Source: Irregularibacter muris (GTDB lineage Bacteria; Bacillota; Clostridia; Eubacteriales; Garciellaceae). From it: DNA of 32,000 nucleotides. A program made the position numbers and the translations under genes. The notes under the pieces were generated by a model that worked only from the letters and a program-made list of their open reading frames with translations, ran no database searches and was not told where the DNA came from. Shown in pieces: positions 17,379 through 27,084 of the stretch (position 1 is the stretch's first letter; every line of letters begins with the position of its first letter). The stretch is taken from assembly GCF_024622505.1 (NCBI RefSeq), contig NZ_JANKAS010000009.1, forward strand, positions 52,162-84,161, given 5' to 3'.

Positions 17379-17485
17379 AAAGTTCACCTCATATCATGTC
17401 ATTATGCTGTCATTACAAGTTATCCTTAATTAATACTATTCTACATGGATTCTAAATATCCTTCTTTTAAAATATTTTTTTACAT

Positions 17486-17542
17486 AAAAAACTCCTTTCT
17501 GATAATATTAATAAACTATAATGACACAGAAAAGAGTTTTTT
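17486..17542 (-). terminator. Candidate intrinsic terminator downstream of tex
   Basis: AAAAAACTCCTTTCTG (17486-17501) pairs with CAGAAAAGAGTTTTTT (17527-17542). The single non-Watson-Crick position is a G-U pair on the minus-strand RNA but a C/A mismatch on the plus strand. A U-run follows on the minus strand. The loop is large (25 nt), which lowers confidence. Confidence 0.45.
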
Positions 17543-17620
17543 ATAGGAGTACGATAAAATTTACAAACATTACAAGTATACTTATTTTTCATACAAATCT
17601 TTTATTTTTATCTCTATGGC

Positions 17621-19774
17621 TTATATCCCCTTCATGGTCAACGAAATTCTATTTCTCTCTACGTCTACATCTAATACCCTTACCTTTACAATATCCCCTA
17701 CTCTAACCACGTCCATGGGGTTTTTCACAAAGGAATCACTTAGTTGGGAGATGTGTACTAGTCCATCCTGATGCACACCAATGTCTACAAAGGCTCCAAA
17801 GTCGGCTACATTTCTTACTGTTCCAGTGAGCTCCATATCAGGTTTTAAATCGGATATTTCCATAACATCTGTTCTAAAGATTGGCTTTTCCATCTCATCC
17901 CTAGGGTCTCTACCGGGCTTTTGTAATTCTTTAATGATATCCCTTAAGGTGGGCTCACCTACTTCCAATCTTTGGACCATGACCTCTACATCTATAGTCT
18001 CTAGCTTTTTAGCTGTGCTTTCTAACTCTTTGCCCATAAAATCTGATTTAGAAAAACCACTTTCTTTGATTAGTTTTTCTGCTACTGGGTAGGATTCTGG
18101 GTGCACTCCAGTATGGTCTAAAATATTTTCACTATTACTGATTCTTAAAAATCCTGCACATTGGGTGAAGGCCTTTTTGCCCAGCATTTTTACTTGTAAA
18201 AATTCTTTTCTTGAGGTGAAGGGCCCATTTTCTTCCCGATGAGCCACAATGTTTTTGGCTATGCTGGCATTTACTCCGGATACATATTGTAATAGAGAAG
18301 GAGAAGCGGTGTTCACATCCACTCCTACGCTATTTACAGCATCTTCTACCACACCCCTTAGGGCTTCATCCATCTTCTTTTGATTAACATCATGTTGATA
18401 TTGTCCTACTCCGATGTGTTTGGGATCTATTTTCACTAATTCTGCCAAGGGGTCCTGAAGCCTTCTGGCTATGGATATGGCTCCCCTTAGGGAAACGTTG
18501 ATATCTGGATACTCCTCTGCCCCTAGTTTGGAAGCGGAGTAAATAGAAGCCCCAGCTTCATTAACTACCACGTATTGCACTTTTAGATGATGTTCTGCAA
18601 TCATGTCCGCCACTATTTTCTCTGATTCTCTAGAAGCTGTACCATTTCCTATGGCGATTAGTTGTACGCCGTATTTTTCTATGAGATTAATTAACTGCTT
18701 TTTCCCTTCCTCTACTTTGTTTTGGGGAGGGGTGGGATAGATAGTGATGGTATCCAGTAAAGTTCCATATTCATTGACTATGGCAATTTTACATCCTGTT
18801 CTATAGGCAGGGTCAAAACCCATGGTCACCTTACCGGGTACAGGGGGTTGTAATAATAGGCTTTTAAGGTTAGTGGCAAAAACCTTTATAGCTTGCTCCT
18901 CTGCTGGTTCAGTAAGCATATTTCTAATTTCCCTCTCTATGGAAGGAGAAATTAATCTTTTGTAGGCATCCTTCAGAGCTTCTTCTATGTAAACTTTTGA
19001 GCCTTTTGCGTCCTCTTTGACGCTGTTTTTAGTCAAATATCGAATGATTTTTTCCTCTGGAGCTTCAATTTTCACCTGAAGGAATTTTTTCTTTTCCCCA
19101 CGATTGATGGCTAATACTCTATGATGGACAATTTTTTTGATGGGTTCCTGATAATCATAGTACATTTCAAATTCAGATTTTTCATCCAAGGAAGATTTGG
19201 TTTGGATGACGCCTTCATCCCAGGTCAGCTGTCTAATTCTTTGTCTATAGTTCGCATCTTCCGAAATCATTTCAGCGATAATATCTATAGCCCCTTGGAT
19301 AGCCTCCTCAGCGCTTTTCACTTCTTTCTCTTCATTGATGTAGGCTTGGGCCTCCTGTATGATTTCTGATTGTTCCATTGTTTGAAGTAAGATTTTTTCG
19401 GCTAAGGGTTCCAATCCCTTTTCCTTGGCAATAGTCGCTCTGGTTCTTCTTTTTCGTTTGTATGGCAGATAAAGATCCTCTACTTCTTGTAGTACCTTAG
19501 CCCCAAGAATTTTCTTTTTCAAGTCCTCTGTCAGCTTGCCCTGCTCCTCAATAAGCCTAATGACTTCTTCTTTTCTTGATTCTAGGTTTCTTAAATAAGT
19601 CAATCGATCATTTAATTCCCTTAGAGTAATATCATCAAGCTCTCCTGTCATTTCCTTACGATATCGTGCAATAAAAGGTATGGTGTTTCCTTCATCTATT
19701 AACTGAATGGTGTTTTTTACTTGGGTCTCTCTAATATTAAATTCTTGTACCAAACTTCTTATTATCTTTTGCAT
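17621..19774 (-). CDS. tex: Tex-like transcription accessory protein (YqgF/HhH/S1 domains)
   Basis: 717 aa. The N-terminus, 'IRETQVKNTIQLIDEGNTIPFIARYRKEMTG', is the Tex hallmark, and the C-terminus has an S1 domain, 'GTVRNVADFGAFVDIGVHQDGLVHISQLS'. Confidence 0.95.
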   Translation of the reverse strand: MQKIIRSLVQEFNIRETQVKNTIQLIDEGNTIPFIARYRKEMTGELDDITLRELNDRLTYLRNLESRKEEVIRLIEEQGKLTEDLKKKILGAKVLQEVEDLYLPYKRKRRTRATIAKEKGLEPLAEKILLQTMEQSEIIQEAQAYINEEKEVKSAEEAIQGAIDIIAEMISEDANYRQRIRQLTWDEGVIQTKSSLDEKSEFEMYYDYQEPIKKIVHHRVLAINRGEKKKFLQVKIEAPEEKIIRYLTKNSVKEDAKGSKVYIEEALKDAYKRLISPSIEREIRNMLTEPAEEQAIKVFATNLKSLLLQPPVPGKVTMGFDPAYRTGCKIAIVNEYGTLLDTITIYPTPPQNKVEEGKKQLINLIEKYGVQLIAIGNGTASRESEKIVADMIAEHHLKVQYVVVNEAGASIYSASKLGAEEYPDINVSLRGAISIARRLQDPLAELVKIDPKHIGVGQYQHDVNQKKMDEALRGVVEDAVNSVGVDVNTASPSLLQYVSGVNASIAKNIVAHREENGPFTSRKEFLQVKMLGKKAFTQCAGFLRISNSENILDHTGVHPESYPVAEKLIKESGFSKSDFMGKELESTAKKLETIDVEVMVQRLEVGEPTLRDIIKELQKPGRDPRDEMEKPIFRTDVMEISDLKPDMELTGTVRNVADFGAFVDIGVHQDGLVHISQLSDSFVKNPMDVVRVGDIVKVRVLDVDVERNRISLTMKGI

Positions 19775-19810
19775 TATTTTTCTTCCTTTCCTACTTATTT
19801 CCCCTTCTTT

Positions 19811-19848
19811 AGGGAAAAAGAAACGTCGGAATCTTGCCGACGTTTCTT
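19811..19848 (-). terminator. Rho-independent terminator after the amidotransferase-like gene
   Basis: On the minus-strand RNA: AAGAAACGTCGG / 7-nt loop / CCGACGTTTCTT (a 12-bp perfect stem, 19818-19848) followed by TTTCCCT, so the 3' arm plus tail reads TTTCTTTTTCCC. The 5' arm overlaps the TAA stop. Confidence 0.7.
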
Positions 19849-20575
19849 ATGCAATAACCATTGGTTTTTTTAAAAAGCCCATAAAATGCTCAAAGAGCTT
19901 CAGGGAAAAGGCATCTCTATCCCACATTTTTTCTGGATGCCACTGAACGGCAAATATGGAAGGGATATCCCTGTGTTGTACTGCCTCTATCAGTCCATCC
20001 TTACTCCAAGCAACAGGAACCAATGAAGAAGCCACATTGCGGATGGCTTGATGATGGAAGGAGTTTACCCAACCAATCTTTTGTTGGAAAATATCGTAGA
20101 GAAAACTATCATTATCAATATCTATAGAATGAATGACCAACTCCCCTTCACTACTATGGTTGTGTTGGAGAATTTCTCGACTTTTGATTTGTCTATAGAT
20201 ATCCTGGTATAAATCGCCACCTAGGGCAATGTTTAAAACCTGCAACCCCCTGCATACCCCGAAAAGAGGGAGTTCCCTTTCTATGCATTCCTGAACCAAG
20301 GCAAGCTCTAAAGTATCTCTTTCGGGCACGACGGGACCTAATCCTTGTCTTGGCTCTTCCTCAAAGTGGATAGGGTGAATATCATATCCTCCCGTAAGTA
20401 CTATTCCATCTAGTTTTTGCAGCAATTGAGCAAGATCCTCCTTAGAGTAAGACAAAACGGGAACCAATACTGGGATAGCTCCCACTTGTCTCAATGCTTC
20501 GCAATAATTGGTTTCTTTGTATTGCTTTTTATAATGCAAGTCACAAGAACAGGTTACTCCTACGATTGGTTTCAT
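19847..20575 (-). CDS. Class I glutamine-amidotransferase-like / peptidase C26 family hydrolase (gamma-glutamyl-GABA hydrolase PuuD-like)
   Basis: 242 aa, with nucleophile-elbow 'LFGVCRGLQVLN' and 'NSFHHQAI' (catalytic His). Confidence 0.85.
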   Translation of the reverse strand: MKPIVGVTCSCDLHYKKQYKETNYCEALRQVGAIPVLVPVLSYSKEDLAQLLQKLDGIVLTGGYDIHPIHFEEEPRQGLGPVVPERDTLELALVQECIERELPLFGVCRGLQVLNIALGGDLYQDIYRQIKSREILQHNHSSEGELVIHSIDIDNDSFLYDIFQQKIGWVNSFHHQAIRNVASSLVPVAWSKDGLIEAVQHRDIPSIFAVQWHPEKMWDRDAFSLKLFEHFMGFLKKPMVIA

Positions 20576-20586
20576 TTTCTTCCCCC

Positions 20587-21682
20587 CTAATTTGCTTTTA
20601 AATAGGCATGGATAAATTCATCAATTTCCCCGTCCATCACGGCCTGAATATTGCCTACCTCTACACTGGTTCTATGATCTTTGACCATGTTATAAGGATG
20701 AAAAACATAGGATCGAATCTGGCTACCCCATGCAATTTGATTATACTCACCCTTGAGATCTTCTATTTTTTCCTTTTGTTCCGATTCCTTTAGTTCAATC
20801 AATTTGCTTTTAAGCATTTTCATGGCTACTTCTTTATTGAGATGTTGGGAACGTTCATTTTGGCATTGTACTACAATTCCTGTGGGAAGGTGGGTAATGC
20901 GAATAGCGGAATCTGTGGTATTGACGTGTTGTCCTCCTGCTCCTCCCGATCGATAGGTGTCAATCTTTAGATCCTCATTGCGGATATCTACCTCTACTTC
21001 TTCATCAATCTCCGGCATGACATCTAGCGAGGCAAAGGAAGTATGGCGGCGACCGGAAGTATCAAAGGGAGATATGCGCACTAAACGATGTACACCCTTT
21101 TCGGATTTTAAAAATCCATAGGCATTTAGGCCAGACACCAATATAGTGGCACTTTTCACCCCTGCATCATCCCCTGCTAGATAGTCCAAGGTTTTTACCC
21201 TATAATCATGTTGTTCTGCCCAACGAATATACATCCGAAGAAGCATTTCTACCCAATCTTGGGCCTCAGTACCTCCAGCACCGGCATGGAAGGCTAGTAT
21301 CGCATTGCTATGATCGTAGTCTCCTTTAAGTAAGGTTTGTAATTTGAAGCTTTCTATTTCTTGGCGCAATTCTTTCATACCGCTTCTGATGTCCCCTAAC
21401 ATACTGCTGTCATTTTCCTCTAGGGTCAACTGGATTAGCACCTCTATATCCTCTTTTTTCTCCTGTAAATCTTGATGTTGCTCTATTATGCTTTGTAGTT
21501 CCTTATTTTTTTGACCAATTTGTTGAGCTCTTTCTATATCTTCCCAAAAATCTGACTTGCTCATTTCTTTTTCTAGTTTTTCTATTTCCTTTTTCTTGTT
21601 AGGGAGGTCAAAGTGAAGCCCCCATTTCTATAATTTGCTCTTCTATGGATTGTAATTCCTGAAGATATTGTTCTAGTTCCAT
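20587..21682 (-). CDS. prfB: Peptide chain release factor 2, expressed through a programmed +1 ribosomal frameshift
   Basis: Frame 0 reads ATG(21682)...'MELEQYLQELQSIEEQIIEMGASL', ending at CTT TGA C (TGA at 21608-21610). The +1 frame continues 'DLPNKKKEIEKLEKE' into the 325-aa ORF of the track, giving 364 aa in total. The 'SPF' (RISPFD) and 'GGQ' (SGGAGGQHVN) motifs are present. SD TGAGGAGGAA lies upstream of the ATG. Confidence 0.95.
21607..21622 (-). promoter_or_regulatory. prfB autoregulatory +1 frameshift site (CUU UGA C with an upstream SD-like GGGGG)
   Basis: The minus strand reads ATG GGG GCT TCA CTT TGA CCT. This is the canonical slippery CUU followed by a weak UGA-C stop context. 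A G-rich, internal-SD-like element lies a few nt upstream. Confidence 0.9.
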
Positions 21683-21767
21683 TAAAGTGTTTCCTCCTCA
21701 CTAGGATTTAAAAGACGATTTAAACCGCCTTTACAATGATTCTTTTCTATATGATATGCGGGTGATT

Positions 21768-21805
21768 AAGATAGGGGAGAGAAAGAATAGATTCTCCCCT
21801 ATCTT
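21768..21805 (-). other. Perfect 13-bp hairpin spanning the secA stop codon, in the secA-prfB intercistronic region
   Basis: AAGATAGGGGAGA (21768-21780) and TCTCCCCTATCTT (21793-21805) are exact reverse complements with a 12-nt loop. The secA TAG (21799-21801) lies inside one arm. There is no U-tract on either strand. Confidence 0.5.
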
Positions 21806-24300
21806 CCACAACATTTTTTATATTTCTTTCCACTACCACAGGGGCAGGGGTCATTTCTTCCAATTTTGTCTTCCTTTACTACAGGCTTAGAAGTTCCCTC
21901 ATCGCTTTTATTGGTGACAAGATTATCCATTTCTACCTGTTGCTTAGGCTTTGGTGCCTTGTTGACTTCTACATGGAATAGATATTTTATGGTTTCCTCC
22001 TGAATGCTATGGATCATTTCTTCAAACATATTAAAGCCTTCTTTTTGGTAGGCTTGTACTGGATCTTCTTGTCCGTAGGCCCTTAAACCAATACCTTGTT
22101 TTAATTGTTCCATATCGTCAATATGTTCCATCCACTTGCTATCTACTACCTGTAAGAGAATAACTCTTTCTAATTCTCTCATTTGCTCGCTGCCTATTTT
22201 TTCTTCTTTTTTACTATATATCTCTTGGGCCACTTCTAATAGCATTTGGGCTAATTCTTCCCTGGTTAAGTCTACTTCCGGAATTTCTAAGCTATTCTTG
22301 GGTAAAAATATTGTCTCCATATAATCCCAAAGACCTTTGAAATCCCATTCTTCAGAGTAGGTGCTAAAACCTGTATAGACCTGTACATAGTGTTCTATTA
22401 GGGCTTCTAGCATGGACCATATTTGGTCATGAATATTTTCTCCCTCTAGTACTGTACGCCTTTGTTTGTAGATAATTTCCCTTTGGCGATTCATCACGTC
22501 ATCATATTGAAGGACGTGTTTTCTAATGTTAAAATTATTTGCCTCTACTTTTTTCTGGGCATTTTCAATGCCTCTAGATAGCATTTTGTGTTCTATGGGT
22601 TGATCCTCTTCTAAGCCCACACTTTCTACTAAGCCTAAGATTCTCTCAGAACCAAAAAGACGCATTAAATCATCTTCAAGGGAAATATAAAATCTTGAGG
22701 ACCCGGCATCCCCTTGTCGTCCAGAACGTCCTCTTAGCTGGTTATCAATCCGTCTACTTTCATGTCTTTCAGTACCAATAATGTGAAGGCCGCCTAGCTC
22801 TTTGACCCCTTCCCCTAGAACAATGTCAGTCCCCCGTCCTGCCATATTGGTAGAAAGGGTAACGGCTCCTCTTTGACCTGCTTGGGCTACAATTTCTGCT
22901 TCCTTTTCATGGTACTTGGCATTTAATACCTCATGTTTAATGCCTTGTTTCTTTAATAATTTGCTTAATTCTTCTGACTTTTCTATGGAAATAGTTCCTA
23001 CCAGTACGGGTTGACCAGTGGCATGTCTTTTCTTGATTTCTTCTGCAATGGCATTAAATTTGCCCTTTTCATTTTTGTAGATAACATCAGACATATCCTC
23101 TCTAATCATAGGCTTATTGGTAGGCACAATGACAACGTCCATGTTATAAATGGCTTTAAATTCCTCTTCCTCAGTTTTGGCTGTTCCGGTCATTCCTCCC
23201 AATTTATTAAACATCCTAAAGTAATTTTGGAAGGTAATGGTGGCTAAGGTTTTAGATTCTCTTTCTACTCTTACATTTTCCTTAGCTTCTATAGCCTGGT
23301 GCAGACCATCGCTATATCGTCTCCCTAACATTAATCGTCCGGTGAATTCGTCTACAATAATTACTTCTCCGTCTTTAACTACATAATCCTTATCTATTTT
23401 CATGAGGTGACGGGCCTTTAGCGCCTGATTGATATGATGGGAAATTTCCATATTTTCAGGATCGGCAAGGTTTTCTAGTCCAAAATAGCCTTCGGCTTTT
23501 TCTACTCCCTCTTCGGTTAACACTACAGTATGAGCTTTTTCATCAATGGTAAAATGCTCCTCATTTTTCAAGGTTTTTACAAAGGAGTCTACTACATTAT
23601 AGAGTTTGGTACTTTTATCGCCACTGCCTGAAATAATCAGTGGTGTTCTAGCTTCATCAATGAGAATACTGTCTACCTCATCTATGATGGCATAATTTAA
23701 ATCCCGTTGTACCATTTGTTCCTTGTGGATAACCATATTATCTCTTAGATAGTCAAATCCATACTCATTATTGGTTCCATAGGTAATATCAGCAGTATAG
23801 GCTTCTTTTCTTTGGGCAAAATCTAACCCATGAACCACTAATCCTACCTTTAATCCTAAAAATTCATAGAGTTTACCCATCCACTCACTATCTCTGGTGG
23901 CTAGGTAATCATTGACCGTCACAATGTGAACTCCTTTTTCTTCCAAAGCATTAAGATAGGCTGGTAGGGTTGCCACTAAAGTTTTTCCTTCCCCGGTCTT
24001 CATCTCTGCAATTCTGCCTTCATGAAGTACTATTCCTCCTAAAAGCTGCACAGAGAAATGCCTCATATGAAGCACTCTTTTAGAAGCTTCTCGCACTACT
24101 GCAAAGGCTTCTACCAAAAGATCATCTAAAGTCTCCCCCTGGGATAATCTTTCTTTAAATTCTATGGTCTTATGTTGAAGTTCTTCGTCCTTTAAAGCTT
24201 CCATTTGGGGTTCTAAGGCTTCAATTTGATCTACTGTCTTCATCATCTTTTTAATTTCTCTATCATTCAAATTTCCAAATATCTTTTCTAATAGGGCCAT
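21799..24300 (-). CDS. secA: Preprotein translocase ATPase SecA
   Basis: '[19 protein letters not shown]' (Walker A), '[19 protein letters not shown]' (DEAD-like) and a C-terminal Zn-finger, '[14 protein letters not shown]'. The ORF track starts at GTG 24309. The ATG at 24300 ('MALLEKIFG') follows SD AAGAGGTGA. Confidence 0.97.
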   Translation of the reverse strand: MALLEKIFGNLNDREIKKMMKTVDQIEALEPQMEALKDEELQHKTIEFKERLSQGETLDDLLVEAFAVVREASKRVLHMRHFSVQLLGGIVLHEGRIAEMKTGEGKTLVATLPAYLNALEEKGVHIVTVNDYLATRDSEWMGKLYEFLGLKVGLVVHGLDFAQRKEAYTADITYGTNNEYGFDYLRDNMVIHKEQMVQRDLNYAIIDEVDSILIDEARTPLIISGSGDKSTKLYNVVDSFVKTLKNEEHFTIDEKAHTVVLTEEGVEKAEGYFGLENLADPENMEISHHINQALKARHLMKIDKDYVVKDGEVIIVDEFTGRLMLGRRYSDGLHQAIEAKENVRVERESKTLATITFQNYFRMFNKLGGMTGTAKTEEEEFKAIYNMDVVIVPTNKPMIREDMSDVIYKNEKGKFNAIAEEIKKRHATGQPVLVGTISIEKSEELSKLLKKQGIKHEVLNAKYHEKEAEIVAQAGQRGAVTLSTNMAGRGTDIVLGEGVKELGGLHIIGTERHESRRIDNQLRGRSGRQGDAGSSRFYISLEDDLMRLFGSERILGLVESVGLEEDQPIEHKMLSRGIENAQKKVEANNFNIRKHVLQYDDVMNRQREIIYKQRRTVLEGENIHDQIWSMLEALIEHYVQVYTGFSTYSEEWDFKGLWDYMETIFLPKNSLEIPEVDLTREELAQMLLEVAQEIYSKKEEKIGSEQMRELERVILLQVVDSKWMEHIDDMEQLKQGIGLRAYGQEDPVQAYQKEGFNMFEEMIHSIQEETIKYLFHVEVNKAPKPKQQVEMDNLVTNKSDEGTSKPVVKEDKIGRNDPCPCGSGKKYKKCCGR

Positions 24301-24387
24301 TTTTTTCACCTCTTTATTAAACTACCTATTATTTTAACATTTTACCTAAACCATAGCAATGAATACAAGCTTTAAGGTTTTGTGGGT

Positions 24388-24431
24388 AAGAAAAAAGCAG
24401 CTTAAGGATCTAGCACTTCCCCAAGCTGCTT
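24388..24431 (-). terminator. Rho-independent terminator ending the dhaKL-containing operon
   Basis: On the minus-strand RNA: AAGCAGCUUGGGG / 11-nt loop / CCUUAAGCUGCUU followed by UUUUCUUA. This is a 13-bp stem whose two non-canonical pairs are G-U on the minus strand but A/C mismatches on the plus strand. It lies 47 nt after the dhaL stop. Confidence 0.75.
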
Positions 24432-24477
24432 GACTATATTTTACCTTGACAGGTTATATCAATCTTTATTTCAAATT

Positions 24478-25131
24478 TCATATTTCTTCATTTTGTATAT
24501 GTCCCTTCATCGCAGAAGCCATGGTTTGTAAAATGATACAACAAGATGTTGCTCCCGCATCCAAAAATCCAATCGAGCGCTCCTGCAATCTAGCAGCACG
24601 GCCTATTTTAGCCATCATATTTTTGGTATTTTCCTTGCCAGCTTCAGCACCAGCAGATAACTCTTCTAAAGACTCAAAAAAGGATTTTCCCTCTTGTAAG
24701 GCATTAGCAAAGGCATCTCTAGCAGGTACAATGGTGTCAATAAGGGTTTTATCTCCTACTTTTGCACCAGCTAAATCCATAAGGGCAGTAGTGCTATTAT
24801 TCAGAGCATTTAAAAGATCAGTTGCCTGGATTTTTTCTGTAGTCTTCAAGGCTTTCCAAAATTCATTAAACATAGTACCATAAATGGGCCCCATGGATCC
24901 TCCAATATCCATAATTAAAGTGCGTCCCAATATTTTAATGGCCTCAGCAAAGGATAATTCCTTATTCATAATACGTTCCTTGGCCATTAAAAATCCCTTA
25001 TTCATATTTACCCCATGATCTCCATCTCCTGTAGCTCCGTCTATTTCACTTAAATATTCGGCATTTTGGTGGATGGCTTCAATGATTTTAAGCACAATCT
25101 CTGAATTTCCAGCATTTAAGATATATTCCAT
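24478..25131 (-). CDS. dhaL: Dihydroxyacetone kinase, ADP-binding subunit DhaL
   Basis: 217 aa. 'LSEIDGATGDGDHGVNM' is the DhaL nucleotide/Mg-binding signature. Confidence 0.9.
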   Translation of the reverse strand: MEYILNAGNSEIVLKIIEAIHQNAEYLSEIDGATGDGDHGVNMNKGFLMAKERIMNKELSFAEAIKILGRTLIMDIGGSMGPIYGTMFNEFWKALKTTEKIQATDLLNALNNSTTALMDLAGAKVGDKTLIDTIVPARDAFANALQEGKSFFESLEELSAGAEAGKENTKNMMAKIGRAARLQERSIGFLDAGATSCCIILQTMASAMKGHIQNEEI

Positions 25132-25135
25132 AGGT

Positions 25136-26143
25136 CTATTCTCCTATCTGAGTTAATCCCATTGTTTCTACTTCCATATCAATACATTCCTTTAATTCTT
25201 CATCCACTTTCATCATGGTCAATGTAATTCCATTCATTTCTAGGGAAGTAAAGTAATTCCCCACATAGGATTTATAAATGACAATCCCATCTGCTTGTAA
25301 CAGCTGTTCTATTTCATCAAAGAAGATATATTGTTCCATGACAGGTGTAGCTCCCAGTCCTGATACTAAAACCACCACCTCATCCCCCTTTTCAAAGGGA
25401 AGATCCTCTATAATTAAATCATGCATTTCCTTTGCGATTTCCTTTGCTGATGCTAATTTTTCTACACGGATACCTGGCTCTCCATGATGACCAATTCCAA
25501 ACTCCATTGTACCTTCTTCTATTTTAAAATTTGGTTTTGCATTTGCTGGTATGGTACAAGGCCCAAGGCCAACTCCTACGCTTCGGGTATGATCGATAGC
25601 TTTTTGTGACGCGGCTATTACTTCATCTAAAGTAGCACCTTGGGCAGCCTTTGCACCTCCTACCTTCCACATCAAAATTTCTCCCGCAACACCACGGCGT
25701 TTTTCCGAATCTGTTTTCTTTGCAGAAGCTACATCATCATTAGCCACTACTGTCTTTACCATAATGTCATCATCCTCTGCCATCATAGAAGCCATCTTCA
25801 CATTCATGTTGTCCCCTGCATAATTTCCATAGAGACAGGCCACTCCCATTCCTTGGTCCGCTGCTACTATAGCATCGTAAAAGGATTTTGCTGTTGGTGA
25901 TGAGAATATTTCCCCTACGGCTACAGCATCTACCATATTTTTACCCGCATAACCAATAAAGGCTGGCTTATGTCCGGATCCTCCCCCTGTCACAATCCCT
26001 ACCTTCTTTTTTTCCTTTGCAGTATTAGAAATAATTACTCTAGGATTATCTGGGTGTACGTGTACAATATCTTTGTGTACCTTGGCAAATCCTTTTAACA
26101 TATCTTCTACAACCATCGAGGGGTCATTAATTATTCTTTGCAA
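25136..26143 (-). CDS. dhaK: Dihydroxyacetone kinase, substrate-binding subunit DhaK
   Basis: 335 aa with 'VTGGGSGHKPAFIGYAG' and 'MEFGIGHHGEPGI' (substrate-tethering His region). It has a TTG start 8 nt after SD AAAGGAGC. Confidence 0.9.
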   Translation of the reverse strand: MQRIINDPSMVVEDMLKGFAKVHKDIVHVHPDNPRVIISNTAKEKKKVGIVTGGGSGHKPAFIGYAGKNMVDAVAVGEIFSSPTAKSFYDAIVAADQGMGVACLYGNYAGDNMNVKMASMMAEDDDIMVKTVVANDDVASAKKTDSEKRRGVAGEILMWKVGGAKAAQGATLDEVIAASQKAIDHTRSVGVGLGPCTIPANAKPNFKIEEGTMEFGIGHHGEPGIRVEKLASAKEIAKEMHDLIIEDLPFEKGDEVVVLVSGLGATPVMEQYIFFDEIEQLLQADGIVIYKSYVGNYFTSLEMNGITLTMMKVDEELKECIDMEVETMGLTQIGE

Positions 26144-26173
26144 TTGTATTGCTCCTTTCTCTTTAAGATGTTT

Positions 26174-27040
26174 CTATAATAAGGCAGATTCAGAAATTCT
26201 TTTTAAATTAGCTAGACCTCTTACTGCTAATTCCTCCCCAGTTTCTGCAAACTTTCTCCATATTGCACAATTTGCATTTAACTCCTCAAAACTTGGGTCA
26301 AAAGATTCAATAACAAGGGGTCCATCATATCCTACCATCTCTACTGCTCGAAATAGCTCAGTCCAAGGTACCAATCCAGTACCAGGTATGCCACGATTAC
26401 TTTCGCATACATGAATATAACCTAAGTATTCTTTGCCACAAGTATATATAGCCTCTTTAAAGGAGGTTTCTTCTCGTATCATATGGAAGCAATCTAGATG
26501 AACTGCCATATTCCCTGTGCCCACAGCCTTACAATACTCTACGCCGGTTTCAGCGGTATTGATAAAGTGGGTTTCAAAACGGTTGACAGGCTCTACACAA
26601 ATTTTTAACTTTGGATGTTTCTCGAGGGCATAGGTTGCTACCTCTTTCATCGCAGATACAGAATTATCCCATTCTTTTTGTGTAGGGGGTTTACCACTTA
26701 GGCAGCCCCATCCAGCATAATTTACGCCACCAAGTATATTGGAGCCCAATTCTAAGTTAATATCTACTAATTTTTTTAATCTTTTTATCCCTTTGGCACG
26801 AATTTCAGGATTGTCGCTTAATAAATTAGTTTTTTCATCTAGGGTTATGGAAGTTATCACCTCTAAACCCGTTCCTTCTAGTTCTTTCTTTACTTCCTGC
26901 AGTGGAAAGTTTTCTGGATAAGCAATGGCAAAGTCAATGGCTTCAAACCCTAGTTCCTTTGCCTTATGAATTATCCATAAATCTTTAATGGTAAATACCT
27001 CTGTCCAAATAAAAGTATCTACGCCAAACCTCATATTCAT
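26174..27040 (-). CDS. Ketose 3-epimerase family enzyme (D-tagatose/D-psicose 3-epimerase-like, xylose-isomerase-like TIM barrel)
   Basis: 288 aa. 'CVEPVNRFETHFINTAETGVEYCKAVG', 'VHLDCFHMIREE', 'IHVCESNRGIPGTG' and 'LVIESF' carry the E-D-H-E metal-ligand pattern and closely parallel the motifs of characterised D-psicose 3-epimerases. Confidence 0.8.
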   Translation of the reverse strand: MNMRFGVDTFIWTEVFTIKDLWIIHKAKELGFEAIDFAIAYPENFPLQEVKKELEGTGLEVITSITLDEKTNLLSDNPEIRAKGIKRLKKLVDINLELGSNILGGVNYAGWGCLSGKPPTQKEWDNSVSAMKEVATYALEKHPKLKICVEPVNRFETHFINTAETGVEYCKAVGTGNMAVHLDCFHMIREETSFKEAIYTCGKEYLGYIHVCESNRGIPGTGLVPWTELFRAVEMVGYDGPLVIESFDPSFEELNANCAIWRKFAETGEELAVRGLANLKRISESALL

Positions 27041-27084
27041 ACCCCTTTCTATCCTTTTATTCTTGACTTAATCTATTGTGCTAG

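Noticed and set aside
17521-17706. A 61-aa plus-strand ORF between GntR and tex.
   Set aside because: It overlaps the tex 3' end and the terminator hairpin, and has no SD and no similarity signal.
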